NCBI GenBank assembly: GCA_951406725.2
Contig: OX597814.1
Location: 224,254,001 to 224,318,000 of the forward strand
DNA: 64,000 nt
Direction of reading: 5' to 3'
Source: Octopus vulgaris
Taxonomy: Eukaryota
The notes beneath the pieces were generated by a model. That model made no database searches and had not been told where the DNA came from. It was given only the letters and a program-made list of their open reading frames with translations. A program made the translations under genes and the position numbers. Below are positions 13,693-26,940 of the stretch, in pieces; position 1 is the first letter of the stretch, and every line of letters begins with the position of its first letter.

Positions 13693-14011
13693 TAAATAAA
13701 CAATTAAAGAGAGAGAGAGAGAGGAGAGGAGACGATAAAAAACAGCAGAAACAAAACATAAAAGAAAAAAGAAAAAAAGAAATGAGTGAACGAAGAGATA
13801 TACTTTAGAATTTCTAGCATGATATTTCAAGATTCGGATTTCAATTTTCAATTGCGTGGTTTTAAATGTTTCATGTATTACTTTTCAGTGTTTAAAAAAT
13901 CCATAGACTTGTACCAGTAATATAGTGGTGTCAGCTTAATCAAAAAGGAAATGAACTAAGAGAAACAATTCAGAGAGGCCACTGGCTTGTATTTGAGCAA
14001 CATAGACAAAT

Positions 14012-14328
14012 GCATATTCTGTTGTGTCTGAGGAGAGTCATTTTATTTTTGTGCCTTATAATGTAACACACACACCGGTAAAATTCCACTTATTTCTTAC
14101 TTGTTTTTTCCTAAAATTTTCTTATTTTTATTTTCCTAAAATTTTTCTTTGCGTCTTGCAACCTTTTCAATAGTCTTGAAAAAAGTCAAGACTATTGAAA
14201 AGGTTGCAAGACGCAACGAAAATTTTATGAAAATAAAAATAAGAAATAAGTGGAAATTTTATCGGTGAGTGTGTTACATTATAAGGCACAAAAAGAAAAT
14301 GACTCTCCCCAGACACAACAGAATATGC
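14012..14328. mobile_element. Fold-back (palindromic) MITE
   Basis: GCATATTCTGTTGTGTCTG...CAATAGTCTTGA-AAAAAG-TCAAGACTATTG...CAGACACAACAGAATATGC; arms of about 140-165 bp around a 6-nt loop. Confidence 0.88.
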
Positions 14329-14799
14329 TTCAATACACGAACTCATATAAAGAATCTTGCAATCCAAATCCAAAAACGAAATAGACAAATGCAGATATAT
14401 CAAATACCATATAACATAAATTCTTGATTTATTAAAACTATTTCCGCCACTAGAGGATGTGTCATAATTTCCAAATAACGATATCTCTATATGAAAAAGG
14501 GGAAATTAACTCAAGAGTCAAGAATTTCTCCAAAGTTGATACGCCATTAAAGAAAAGGATAGGTTTGTCTGGAGATATGACGATAGTTGTGGATAAGTGT
14601 TTCTGGCTCAAAAACAGATGAACGCTTAATTCTGTTTAAATTATGCAAATTATATAGGCTATGAATGTGTTGAGCACTTTTTGTATATGTCGAATTCCCT
14701 TGGTTGCTGAACAAGTGTCGTGCTGATGATGCATATTGAGGCTGAAACATGTGTATTTGTCGTTCTTCTTATCTCCAGACGACTCCTGACATACACCAC

Positions 14800-15080
14800 C
14801 AAAGAAAGATTATGCAATAAACTTTCTAAAATATTAAACACCATTAGAGAAAAAAAGAACTCGCTTTGCCAGACACGGTTTGGAAATCAAGGAGGATCTG
14901 GTTAGTAATATTCTACTTCAACATGGTTATTTATCATCGATTTGGTCATCCCATAAAGACATTCGTCGATCAATCAACAAATGATATTGGATGTCAGTGA
15001 ATGGAGCAATCACGTGACATGGAAATTAGAGATGAGTGGAGTATCAGGATCATGTCGATCTACAGACTCAACTCGTGATA
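14800..15080 (+). pseudogene. RTE-type LINE 3' end relic
   Basis: IREK.RTRFARHG...KEDLVSNILL...GHPIKTFVDQ resembles the RTE tail RR.RFAGHCWRSKEELVSDVLLW...GRP.KTYIDQL. Confidence 0.55.
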
Positions 15081-15151
15081 CAAACACAGAACGCACTGTT
15101 AAAAAAAAAACACCCCTCCCCAAAAACGTACTCCATCAAGCGAGAGACAAA

Positions 15152-15563
15152 CATCATCATCATCGTTTAACGTCCACTTTTCCATGCTGGCATGGGTTTG
15201 ACGGTTTGACATGGAGCTGGTCAGTTGGAAGTTGTCCAGACTCTATTTGTTTGTTGTGGCATGGTTTCTGCGGCTGGATACTCTTCCTAACGTCAACTAT
15301 TTAACAGAGTGTGCTGGGTGCTTTTTACTCGTAACCAGCACAGGTGAATTTTATGTGGAACCGCCACCTGCAAAGGACAGGCCGCTATGTGTGGAAGAGA
15401 GTGATTTTGCTTAGCTTGACCTATCTTATCAAGTGCAGCAAATCGCCACGTCTCGCGGTCCCTTGTCATTTATTCCGAAAGGCCCAGCATCAGAAGATCC
15501 TTCATCACCATCTCGTCCCATGTCTTCCTGGGTCTACCCCTTCCACAGGTAGCCTCCACAATT
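15152..15563 (-). mobile_element. RTE/BovB-type LINE 3' end with (GAT)n tail
   Basis: Minus strand IVEATCGRGRPRKTWDEMVMKDLLMLGLSE*MTRDRETWR; (CAT)n tail at 15152-15163. Confidence 0.75.
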
Positions 15564-15609
15564 GGAGTTCGGCGCGTATATCCACAAACAGTATTTGAAT
15601 CCATATATT

Positions 15610-15821
15610 ATTTTCTACTCAAGGCACGAGGCCCGAAATTTATGGGGAGGGGTCCAATCGATTGGATCCAACTCAGTACGCAACTGGTACTTAATTTATC
15701 GACCCTGAAAGGATGAACGGTAAAGTCGATCTCGGCGGAATTTGAAATCAGAACATAAAGACAGACGAAATACCGCTAAGCATTTCGCCCGGCATGCTAA
15801 CGTTTCTGCCAGCTCGCCGCC
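15610..15821 (-). mobile_element. SINE family A (variant tail)
   Basis: GGCGGCGAGCTGGCAGAAACG head on the minus strand; Meta-like domain. Confidence 0.85.
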
Positions 15822-15840
15822 TTATTAAATCCATGTATTA

Positions 15841-16053
15841 GTTTCTGCTCTAAGCAGAAGGCCCGAAATTTTGGGGGAGGGAGGGGTAATCGATTAGATC
15901 GCCCCCAGTACGCAACTGATACTTTATTTATCGACCCCGAAAGGATGAAAGGCAAAGTCGACCTAGGAAGAATTTGAACTCAGAACGTAAAACCAGACGA
16001 TATACTGTTAAGTATTTCGCCCGGCGAGCTAACGTTTCTGCCAGCTCACTGCC
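15841..16053 (-). mobile_element. SINE family A (variant tail), tandem to the previous copy
   Basis: Same architecture as 15610-15821. Confidence 0.85.
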
Positions 16054-16691
16054 TTATTAAATCTATATATTGTACATTGCATACATATATATATATATTT
16101 CTGGTTAGATCTTCGACGAATATACTTGGGATTCCTTAACGACAATGCAACCTTCATATAATTAAGGCATCTTCGGCCTGACGAGTAGCTAGCTGAGTGC
16201 CTCTCGTTACACACACGCACGGACTCCCACACATGTATGTGTGTGTGTGTGTGTTTATATACGTATGTATGTATTTTGGACAAGAAAGCATCACTAAATT
16301 CATGATTCATAGAAATTATGTTTTCTTCCAGAGAAACTAAATGAAAACATGACTGCAATTACAACGAATTCCAAATGAGAAGAGGTTATAATCCCAAAGA
16401 AATCAACAATCAATCTTCTGAATTAAGATGCCACTCAGGAAAATGTAATCTTTTTTTTTTTCTTTTGGAGATAAGAGGACAGCTTTGGGGGAGGTGTTTC
16501 TGCCTAATTACGCGTCATCAGAACGAGTCGGAACCTTATGTCTTTTATAAGACAGGATTGCTTAATAGATATACTGTCATATAAACACATACACTCAAAT
16601 ATATGTATGTATGTTTGTATGTATGTATGTATGTATGTATGTATATGTATTTGTCCAGAAATCCGAGCGGTTATATATGTATATGTATACG

Positions 16692-16729
<38 letters not shown>

Positions 16730-17045
16730 CGCACACACATACATACACACCCACATATACATACATACATACATACATACATACATACATACATACATAC
16801 ATACATACATACATACATACATACATACATACACTCAGAAAATGGCTGTGATATACATCTGTTAAGTTTCATCGTTACAACCACACCTTGTCTCCTGAAA
16901 CTGATACTTCAGACTGTGAGCAGTGGAAACAATAAATGTGAGAGTGATCGTAACGTCTGTTCGACATCTTTCTATTGTCATTAGCACAGCGTATATTTAC
17001 AGTTTGTTATTTTAGATCAAACTCCTTGTGTGGTAAATTCCTAAC

Positions 17046-17127
<82 letters not shown>

Positions 17128-17599
17128 AACATATAAGGATATACTGACAAATCACGTTACTTACTACGAACAACAAAGCAGAAAGGACCGTTATTAACGT
17201 ACACAGACCGAACAGACAGATACACACGCAGGCACAGATATCCACACACACACACATACACATATATACACAAATGCACACGCATACACATACACACGTG
17301 CACACGCACGCACACGTACACACATAAACGTTAACGCCCGCAATCGCACATGGACAGGCACCTATATGAACAGAATTGGGATTAAGTATGTGATTAAAGT
17401 AAACCCTTTGGATATTACTGGATATCACTGTCCGAATGCTCTAGGCCTCATAAAGCAAGCTACCAGGTTTCCATAGGTTAATAATTGATAGAAATTGCAA
17501 CATTCTCCCTGAATGGGACGCCAACACGTTGCAGACTTATTCAATTGCCGTTGAGTTGACTGGAATAACATGAAATGAAGTATTTCGCTCAAGCACATA

Positions 17600-18785
17600 C
17601 AGGGGTTGGACAAAATAATGGAAACACCTAGCATCATAGCATCATAATTTTGAAATATCTATAAAACTGTCAAAAGCTTGTTTATTTTAATGTCTTTTGA
17701 TTTATTAGTGTTGCTTAATATGTTTTGCTAAAATTGCTGTTTCGTTTCCGATATCAACAGAAAAAGGTAATTAAAAATTCATTAAAATGACAGATCTATC
17801 GGACTTTCAAAGAGGTCAAATTGTTGGTGCTCCTATGGCAGGCGCTAGAATAACAAAAAAAACAGCCGAAATGTTTGGTATATCAAGAAGTTCTGTATCG
17901 AAAGTAATAACAGCCTTGGAGAAACAGGGGGAAAACCTCCTCGTCGAAACAAAACTTCGGAAGAAAACAAAAACATTCAGATAGGGACCGTCGAACTCTT
18001 ACGTGAATTGTTAGAAAGGATTACAAAAGTGCAGCTCCCAAAATTACCGCAGAGTTTAACGACCACGTGAAGAACCCAGTTTTCACAAAAACTGTTCATC
18101 GGGAGCTACACATAGCCGGATTTCACGGGAGGGCCGCAATCAGAAAACCACTACTTTCAAAAGCAAACGTTGCAAAGCGTTTAGAGTAGAGTAAAAACCT
18201 ACAGAATTGGTCCCTAGAGCAGTGGGAGAATGTTATTTTCTCGGACGAGTGATTCTTTACCTTATTTCCGACCACCGGCCGAGTATACGTGTGCAGACAG
18301 CTAAAACAAACATTTAAACATGGAGGAGGATACGTGGTGATCTGGTGGCCGGGGGGGGGGGGGCTATATATTTGAAATCCGCCTGCGTAATGCTTTCCTT
18401 TCATAGCAGAATTAATTGTCAAGACTATTTAAGCATTTTATCTGATCAAATTTATCCTTTCAGGATGATAATGCACCAATTCACACAGCTAAAGTTGTTA
18501 CTAAATGGCACGAGTGAAGCTTAACATCTAACCTGGCCACCATAATACCCAGATTGAATATTTATGGCTCATTTTAGAAAAACAAGTATAGAGTCGATAT
18601 CCTCCACCATCATCACTACAAGAACTGGAGACTGTTTTAGTTGAAGAATGGACAAAAATTCAAATTTTTTACGAGTCCATACCTCGTAGAATTCGAGCTG
18701 TAATTACAGCCAAAAGGCGGTCCTACCCCATATTAAAATTAATTTGTTTGAAACTTTAAGATATTTCCATTATTTTGCTCAACCA
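17600..18785 (+). mobile_element. Tc1-like (DD34E) transposon, near full length, pseudogenised
   Basis: TA|CAGGGGTTGGACAAAATAATGGAAACAC TIR and the matching TTTCCATTATTTTGCTCAACC; MTDLSDFQRGQIVG, VHRELH.AGFHGRAAIRKPLLS, WENVIFSDE, KHGGG, FQDDNAPIH, YESIPRRIRAVI.AK.GPTPY, with many stops and frameshifts. Confidence 0.92.
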
Positions 18786-19002
18786 CATAACGTACTGCCT
18801 GGTCAGGAAATCGAAATCAGAGAGTAGATTATGGTATCCCAGAACATCATAATCCACTCTCTAGCAGCGATGATAAATTAGAGCGGAACCCAAGTTTTAT
18901 GTGTGCATGTGAGTGTGTCTGTGTATACATGTATGCATATACGCATGCATGCATATGTATGTGTGTGTATGTTTAGTAGAACCAACAGAACAATACATAG
19001 AG

Positions 19003-19865
19003 TAGGTGTTTCAAAAAATTTGATATTTCGTAATCTAATAACTTTGCCAGTTCTTGTTCAGTTCTTTTAACAGCCGGTGTAGAAACAGGTAAAAATTTTA
19101 TGTTTAAGGTTTGATATATTTATCTTTTCAGGTATAGAAATGGCATTCACTGAAAGAAAAAAGGCGCTTTGTGTGTTGGGGTATGCTCGAAAGTAGTCGA
19201 ACAAGACTGCGCAGCGTGCATGAGAGAGCTCTCCAAGAAAAGACCAACAGCAATGCAGATATGGACACAGCACAAAAAATTCAAAGAGGAAGGCTGTTTG
19301 TACAGGGCAAAAGGAACTGTACGACCATTAACATCGGAAGAGACGGTCGAGAGGGTTCACCAAAAGACTCATGCGGAATCCCAAGAAGTGCATAAGAAGA
19401 ACAAGACTGGAAACCCAGATTCCACCAACGACGGTTTGGCGCGTCCTGAGGTAACGCTTGGTAATGAAATCTTACAAGCTGCAGCTCGTTTCGGCCATGA
19501 CGGCAGATGACAGGCGAAAGCGCAAACATGGGGCTATCTAAAGGGCCTGGTCTATGTCCCCCTCTTCCTGCAAACCTAGAGGAACTCGAGTAGAGAATCA
19601 CTACCACACTGGAAACATGCTGCAGCGTGTATGGGAGGAGCTGGTCTACCGACTTGACTTGTGCCGTGTCCCAGGCGGTGCACATATTGAACAATTGTGA
19701 AATCGTTCATGGAATCCACAAACCTTTGAATTTCTCATTCAAATTTGGAGGAATAAATCTTATGCTATTCAACATTAAGCCTGTTTAGTTTCATTTGCTT
19801 TGTCTATGTAGTTTCTGTGATATTTACAAGTCAAATGATAGCAAATTTTTTTTTGAAACACCCTG
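19003..19865 (+). mobile_element. Tc1/mariner-superfamily element (DUF4817/rosa-like N-terminus), internally deleted
   Basis: TIRs GGTGTTTCAAAAAA / TTTTTTGAAACACCCTG|TA; MAFTERKKALCVL...KKFKEEGCL...RNPKK.IRR...TTVWRVLR..L.MKSYKLQL joined directly to WGYLKGLVYVPPLPANLEEL...RLDLC...GAHIEQL*, so the catalytic core is missing. Confidence 0.85.
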
Positions 19866-20199
19866 TATATAGATTAACTTTTTATCAAGGGAAAATGATG
19901 CAAAGTGACTCAAAAGCGGGAAGTTTATCAAGCATGTACCCACATACGCGCACGCACACGCACACACGCACGTACACGCACACGCATATATACAAACATG
20001 CAAATGCATACATAAATATATATAGATATGTATATATATATATACACACACACATATACATACATACATATGTATATATATGAATTAAAACACTTTGATT
20101 CAAACTCCTTGGTGCTCTGAGTTTCAAGCGTGTCGCTAGTCTTCGGCTATTGAGTCTGAATATATATGTGTATCTATACGTGTGTGTGTGTGTATCTAT

Positions 20200-20237
<38 letters not shown>

Positions 20238-21189
20238 CTGCGTGTGGACATACGTACATAATACAAACAGATGGATAGTTATATTGATATATATTTGAAC
20301 ACATACATGCTCTCACACACATGCACCGAAAAAATATCTTTTAAATGTCTTTTCTCAACAAGTATATACCTTCCTTCTTTTGAGTTAATCAGCTCAAAAT
20401 GTAGATATACATACATAGATACATACATACATACATAAATACATACATACATACATACATACATGCGAGCGCGCATACACAATATACACGCACGCGTGCG
20501 CGCTCACACACATATTTATATGTATAAAGAAAATGAATAGAAGTCAGAGGGTGTGGAGGGAAAAGAACGGCTGAACTTTGAAGGTTCTTGTAAGTATTTC
20601 AGAAATCAAATAACGATTATTGAGGTTTTCTTCTCGTTGTTCATTGCTAAAGTAATATAGGTTTTTTACTAATGGGATGTAGGTTATGATGTGTGAAACT
20701 GGGACAGTCAGTCTATCAAAATACAAAGGCGAAATTGTTTGATTTTCTTCAATGCCAAAATAACTCAGTTTTTCCCTTTTTTTTCTTTTTACCTTTTTCT
20801 CTATTTCATTTCCTTTCTTTTTTTTTTTTTACTTTTCTATTCTAGAAGAGAGAAAAAAAAAGGAGAGAGAAAAAACACAAAATGAAAATTTGACACCAAT
20901 ATCATTTCTTAAGATTATCTTTATCTCGACCAACCCTTCTCACACCCAACAACTTTTAAAAAACGTTTACTTATTTGTCTTCTCATTCACCCCTTTTCCC
21001 TTTTATAGTTTTCCGACTTTCTTCTTTCTTTTATTTCATTGTTTTTCTCTATATTTTGTGTCTGTGAGAACATACATGCTCTCTCGCCTCCCCCCACTCT
21101 CTCTCTCGCTTACACCCCACCTTTTACCAGTTTTGCAATCAGTGAAAAATCATAATGCACTACAAAATCGGCGACAGAGATTATGGACT

Positions 21190-21191
21190 TA

Positions 21192-21273
<82 letters not shown>
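21190..21273. repeat. (TTA)n microsatellite
   Basis: Seen directly. Confidence 0.98.
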
Positions 21274-21275
<2 letters not shown>

Positions 21276-21962
21276 CTTGAGGTGCGGATCCACTTCCTGA
21301 CCCAATAAATCGATGGTCCTTCTTGGACGAGTATTGTTACGAAGACAGTGTTTTTAGATAAGGCGCCGTCTATGTACCGACAGAATGAAACCGGTCAAAA
21401 TTTCACAAGCGTCTAACACTGATCCTAGGAACTCTTTAGTATCAGCAAGTAACTGGAATATCTTCCTAGAGACAAATATGGATTGAGTGGAGCCAGCAGA
21501 CAGGAGAGAGGCCAAAATCTACCATGCAAATATACCTAAACGTTTCTAGAAGTCTGACAGGTACTGACTGGATTTCCTGAATGTATCATTTTGGGTGTGC
21601 AGTAACCGCATCGGGCTATCCATATTGATTTGGTGGGTTAGTATACAAAGAAAGTGTGGTGCGTCCACAATTTCAACTGGTCGGATATATATAGAGCAAA
21701 AATTTGTGATCTGTACACTGGACCTAGGTAGAACTCATAGGCAAGATCCGGTTACTAGAAGCTGAAAGCGTCGTTCGTTCACGCCGTATTGAGACCGGAA
21801 TAAAATTTTAGAGACAGTTGACACGGGGCAATCGCCAGCAGCTGATGGTGGGGGGTTCTGAAGAGGGGGAGTAGAGTAAAATAAGTTTTAGGAAGGAAAT
21901 AGCGGCAGAGAAAAATCAATTAAATTGAGAGTTGATTAAAATTTAGGAGAAACAATTAGGAA

Positions 21963-21993
<31 letters not shown>

Positions 21994-22534
21994 TGTATGT
22001 ATGTATGTATGTATGTATGTATGTATGTATGTATGTATGCATGTATGTACGTACGTATGTGTATATATATATATATACATGCGCACATACGACCGATGTG
22101 CTAACGACGGGAATATCCTTAGATCATTTCTTCAACGCAAAACAACAAAAAAAAAAGTCCTTTAAGACAAGGAAACGAAATCCGTTCTCAGTCAGTCCCC
22201 CACTCACCATCGTCACCATCGTCATCATCGTCATCATTATGCAGGTGACGAGAGAAGAGAATCAGTCAAAATGCTCATCAGTATTTCTTCCGGGTCTTCA
22301 AATTTTGAGTACAAATCACGTCGAAGTCAATTTCGAGTTATATCCTTTTAGGGCCGATGAACTAATGTACTAGTCAAGTGCTTGGGTGCATGTCATCGAC
22401 TTTCTCCTCCCCTCAAAATGACCTCAGCCAAAGTTTGAAACTAAGGCAGTGAGCTGGTAGAATCGTTTGCGCGTTGGCGTAAACGCTTAGGGGCATTTTT
22501 AGTATTGCTATCTTTTTAGTAGTGGGTAGCGATT

Positions 22535-22860
22535 TTTTTCACTACTTCAGGAAGTGACGACCTGCCTGACACTAGTCCCGGGCTCAGCTGGCTCCGGCTG
22601 ACAGTACCTGGTATGGGCCCCCTATCCAGGGTTACGGAAAGGAGACAACCGTCAAAGAAATCTGGAGTGGAGCCCCGTCGGCGGTTTAGTGTTCGACTCA
22701 ACACTCTTCCGGCAGCTCCTGCAACCAAGCTGGTGCCAATCGTAATGCTCTGCACTCCTTTGGACTACGTCAGCAAAGTCGAGAGAAGAATCCTGACGAT
22801 TGGGCTACCCAGGATTTTCTTACATCTAGCCTAGGCTTGCACAAAACTGGAGAGGAAACG
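22535..22860 (+). mobile_element. RTE-like LINE 5' UTR fragment
   Basis: GC-rich island with AAATCTGGAGTGGAGCCCC...GGCAGCTCCTGCAACCAAGCTGGTGCCAA...CCTTTGGAC, recalled as RTE 5' UTR-like; not verified by search. Confidence 0.45.
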
Positions 22861-23663
22861 AAATGTAAAACCAGACGGGATTACTTTTGCGCAACTCCAT
22901 TATCTTCCGAGATAAAAGGATGCCAACAACAATCGTTTCGAGTGTACTTATATCTATCCTTATCGGTAATTTGTGAATATCTTTACAGAAATGACTATAC
23001 ATCACTTCGATAGCAGAAACATTTCTTCGCTACCACAAGGTCTATGATAGCTAATGCTGCATTACTTCCGGCTCTTTATGTTCTAAATTTAAATGCCGGA
23101 GGTCAGCTTTGCCTTTCGTACTTTCAGGGTCGATAAAATAAAGTAACAGTCAAGTACTGAAGTTGACGTTATCGACTTGCTCCCGAGCTTCAAATTTGCT
23201 AGCCTTGTGTCATAATTAGAGAGTAACATAGATCTTTTCTGTGTGACTCCACCTGTGGAAAATTCAAAGTTTAGTGGAAATTTTAAAATTTGGTGTATTG
23301 GTGTAATTTTCCACGCTGAATCCCAGGGGCTAGTTCATTTTTTCTAGAAAATTTATTTTTTAAATTACAGTTTGATTATTTTTATCCGGTCACGAAACAG
23401 AATTTTGAAGCTGTCGTTTTGTGCGTGATTGCACGTGTTGTCAACTGTAACCACATGAAATACTGGCGGAATTCTGCTTTACGTACGACATATAATCCTT
23501 CATAACAGTTTTATTTTTTGGAATCTTTAGAAAATTTTCTACACACAGTAATTTATACGCTTATGCAATAACAAAAAAAAAATAAAACAAGAGCGAAAGA
23601 AAAATTTCGGGGCGTGATTTAAGGATTATTTAGCTGTTAATTTTAGCATGTCTTACCACCACC

Positions 23664-23814
23664 GTCGAGGTCGACTTTGCCTTTCATCCTTTCGGGGTTG
23701 ATTAAATAAGTACCAGTTGTGTACTGGGTCGATTTAATCGACTCAATGCCATTGTCTGTCTTTGTTTGTCCCCTCTATGTTTAGCCCCCGGTGGGCAATG
23801 AAGAAATGAATAAG
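23664..23814 (+). mobile_element. SINE family A, 5'-truncated
   Basis: GAGGTCGACTTTGCCTTTCATCCTTTCGGGG...TTTAGCCCC..GTGGGCAAT.AAGAAAT. Confidence 0.8.
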
Positions 23815-24169
23815 CGAAAAATGACCACATTATTTGAGAGGAGGACCATAGCAACAGGAGTAAGCAGCTTGGCTTGTTACTATGGAAACAGACACCTTTA
23901 TGTCTGCGGCTTTGGATTGGCTAAACTTACCCCAAATTTGCAAACTTTAAAAGCTATCAACTCTTCATTTATTGATTTATGGCGAAATTGATTTCCATGT
24001 TAATGATTACCGTTCAAAACTAAATATGAAATCATCTGGAACAAAAATTAAAGAAACTGAAAAGTGACGACCAAACAGAAAAGGTCCAGAAACATTATTA
24101 ATATTATTTCATTTAGAAAAGCAGCAAACTTGCAAAATCATTGGAACACAGGGAAATTGGTTTGAGTTA

Positions 24170-24663
24170 CCGTAAATCCTCGAGTATAATCCGCCCTTGA
24201 GTATAATACGCAGGGGATTTTTAGAGGGCTGTACCTCTGAAAAACCTAAACCTTATGTATAATACGCACCCTTTCTCTAACTTGAGTCAAGGATGTCTAT
24301 ATAACGTCCTTGGTTTCTAAAAATGTATACGGTAACGTCCGTTATTATTATTGTATATATAACATAATGCAAACGTGTAGCTTTTTTGTGCATTTTGTTT
24401 GTAGAAAATAAAGGAATAACAGTAATAACGTTTAATAATGTTTAATAAATGTTGCTTACTGCAAGTTACGGATGATTCTTTTATGACTTCATTGCTTTCA
24501 GGCTTAGCTTAAGGTATTTTCGCGCCTGACATCACAAAATGCGTCTGAATAAACATTGCTTAGAAAATAATTTTCATTTTTAACCTCGTATATAGTACGC
24601 ACTAGGGATTTTGACCTTTAAATTTTGGGGAAAAAAATGAGGATTATACTCAAGGATTTACAG
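24170..24663. mobile_element. pogo/Tigger-like MITE, copy 2, nested in an old SINE
   Basis: Colinear with 4282-4797; TA|CCGTAAATCCTCGAG...CTCAAGGATTTACAG|TA; the flanks continue a degenerate family A SINE. Confidence 0.85.
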
Positions 24664-25729
24664 TATTTGCTCCGACTCTTTACATATTCAATTGAAATTC
24701 CGTCGAAGTCATCTTTGCTTCGCATCCTTTCAATGTTGATAAAATATAAATATCTTTAGCCCTGGGTTGATGGTATCTGAAACCTTCCCTTCAAAACCAC
24801 TGGACTTGAGCTTTTATTACTGTGATCAGTGTTGGTAGAATGATACATATTTCATAAACCACTTCTAAGGTTTTTAACATTTATACCACTTTACTGTCTT
24901 ACGTTTACGAATTTGTAACGGCCTTCTTGCTAAGCTAACGTTGTTATTATTACTTTCGGTGGATGAGAACTATAGGTGGCGGTCGTAATTGTGTTATTAG
25001 CTGTGTCGGGCTTAATGTTTAAAAGATAACGAAAGAAAAAAAAAGCCCACGAAGGGTTACTAAGTTTACAAATAAAATCTTTGTTTTGTGAAGCATGTCA
25101 GTAGCTGTCAGTTGTCAAACGATAAAGACAAACTTTTATACTGGGGGAACCGAAAATAGATAGTAAATATATAAAACAACAGAAGGTACCCTAACATGAA
25201 ATAACCAAAACAAAGTGTTTCCTCACATGCAGTAAAAGGGAAGAGGAAAAAAAAAAAGAAAGAATTTTGATTAAATCCTTACTTCTGAACGTTTTACATG
25301 CATAGTAAATAGTCTTTACAAATATGTAGGAACACACGTGTTTGTACGAATGCGTACGTGTTAGTAATATACACACTTGCTGAGATAAAGACAATAATTC
25401 ATACATCTATATACACACATACGCATATAGTACATATAAACATTTACACAAACATGTGTGTACATGTGCGTATATATATATGTGTGTGTGTATATACATA
25501 TATATATATATATATATGTGTGTATATACATATATATATTATCATTATTTCTAAATCTCTTTAAAGGAGATACATACGCACAAACACAAACACACACACA
25601 AAGACATATTTATATATGTATATACATATACACACATATGCACACATGTATGTATACCCACATATATGTAACCACAAGTACACATGCGCGCGTGTGCGTG
25701 TGTGTGTGTGTGTATGTGTGTGTGTGCGT

Positions 25730-25830
<101 letters not shown>

Positions 25831-26306
25831 CGTACAAGTGTGGGAGCAATTATTGTTTAGCGAACCAGTGGAGCCACTGAGGGCATTTTTAGGTAGGAAA
25901 AAGTTAAAAAAAAAAAACAAGGAAAATAAAAAAAGGTCCCTTCTTTTGGCGTCCGCTATCACAAAGACGATGTTACTCAGTGTGCGTGGAAGCCAAATGG
26001 CTTGGCAAGGGATAGGAGGACATCATTTCTGTGACGTGGTGAGGAATCACATGCCTGAACGAAGCTGTGTATCCTTAATGTCCTTCAGCAGAATGTACGA
26101 ATAACATTAGTCGTTGCTGTTGTTTATACTTTGGCTAGCCTCGATCCAGCAGAACTGTGATCAAAAGCATTCGGCCTCGGCCATCTCGTCATCCTCTTGG
26201 CCATTGTATATTTAAGACTAATCCAATTATCTAATTTCTCTTTGTATTTGGAAATAGGAGGGGGCAACTGGAGGTCGATTTGAAGAGGAGTTTCCGATTA
26301 GGTACT

Positions 26307-26650
26307 CCTCTTTTACTCTTTTACTCTTTTACTTGTTTCAGTCATTTGAAAGTGGCCATGCTGGAGCACCGCCTTTAGTCGAGCAAATCGACCCCAGGAC
26401 TTATTCTTTGTATACTAGTACTTATTCTATCGGTCTCTTTTGCCGAACCGCTAAGTTATGGGGACTTAAACACACCAGCATCGTTTGTCAAGCGATGTTG
26501 GGGGGACAAACACAGAAACATATACACACACACATACATATATATATACATACATACGACGGGCTTCTTTTCAGTTTCCGCCTACCAAATCTACTCACAA
26601 GGCTTTGGTCGGCCCTAGGCTATAGTAGAAGACACCTGCCCAAGGTGCCA
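26307..26650 (-). mobile_element. tRNA-derived SINE, family B (CORE-like, internal CA/TA microsatellite), 5'-truncated
   Basis: (AAAAGAGT)n tail, GGTGCTCCAGCATGGCC and GACGGAAACTGAAAGAAGCCCGTCG-like block; full copies at 53855, 56074 and 62864. Confidence 0.85.
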
Positions 26651-26810
26651 CTCCGTAGTCTTGTGGAGAAAAGGAAAAGGTTGTTTCTTCCGTTTTTTTT
26701 TTTTTTTGTACACTTATTCTTAATGCAACTAGGCAGGTTCAAACGCAGAACACATTGGGTGCTGTAGTGTATGTATGAAGAGAATAACTCCTCCCTTTTA
26801 CGATAAGTTT

Positions 26811-26940
26811 TTTCAATACATTCGTCTCATTGGTGTACGGCAGTCTGAGACACCAGTGTTTCGACATGTGTCTCGAAACACGAGTGTTTTTCAAGTGTCC
26901 CAGAATGCCGTGCACCAATAAGACGAGTGAGTTTGATAAA
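26811..26940. repeat. Short imperfect palindrome (MITE-like hairpin)
   Basis: TCGTCTCATTGGTGTACGGCAGTCTGAGACAC pairs with GTGTCCCAGAATGCCGTGCACCAATAAGACGA; inner GTGTTTCGA/TCGAAACAC. Confidence 0.75.

Noticed and set aside
16495-16522. Hammerhead core CTGATGA...GCA-GAAA on the minus strand
   Set aside because: The stem II closing pair is mismatched, and stems I and III cannot be formed.
22540-22620. HDV-like ribozyme in the RTE-like 5' UTR fragment
   Set aside because: I could not assemble a consistent P1-P4 pairing from this copy.
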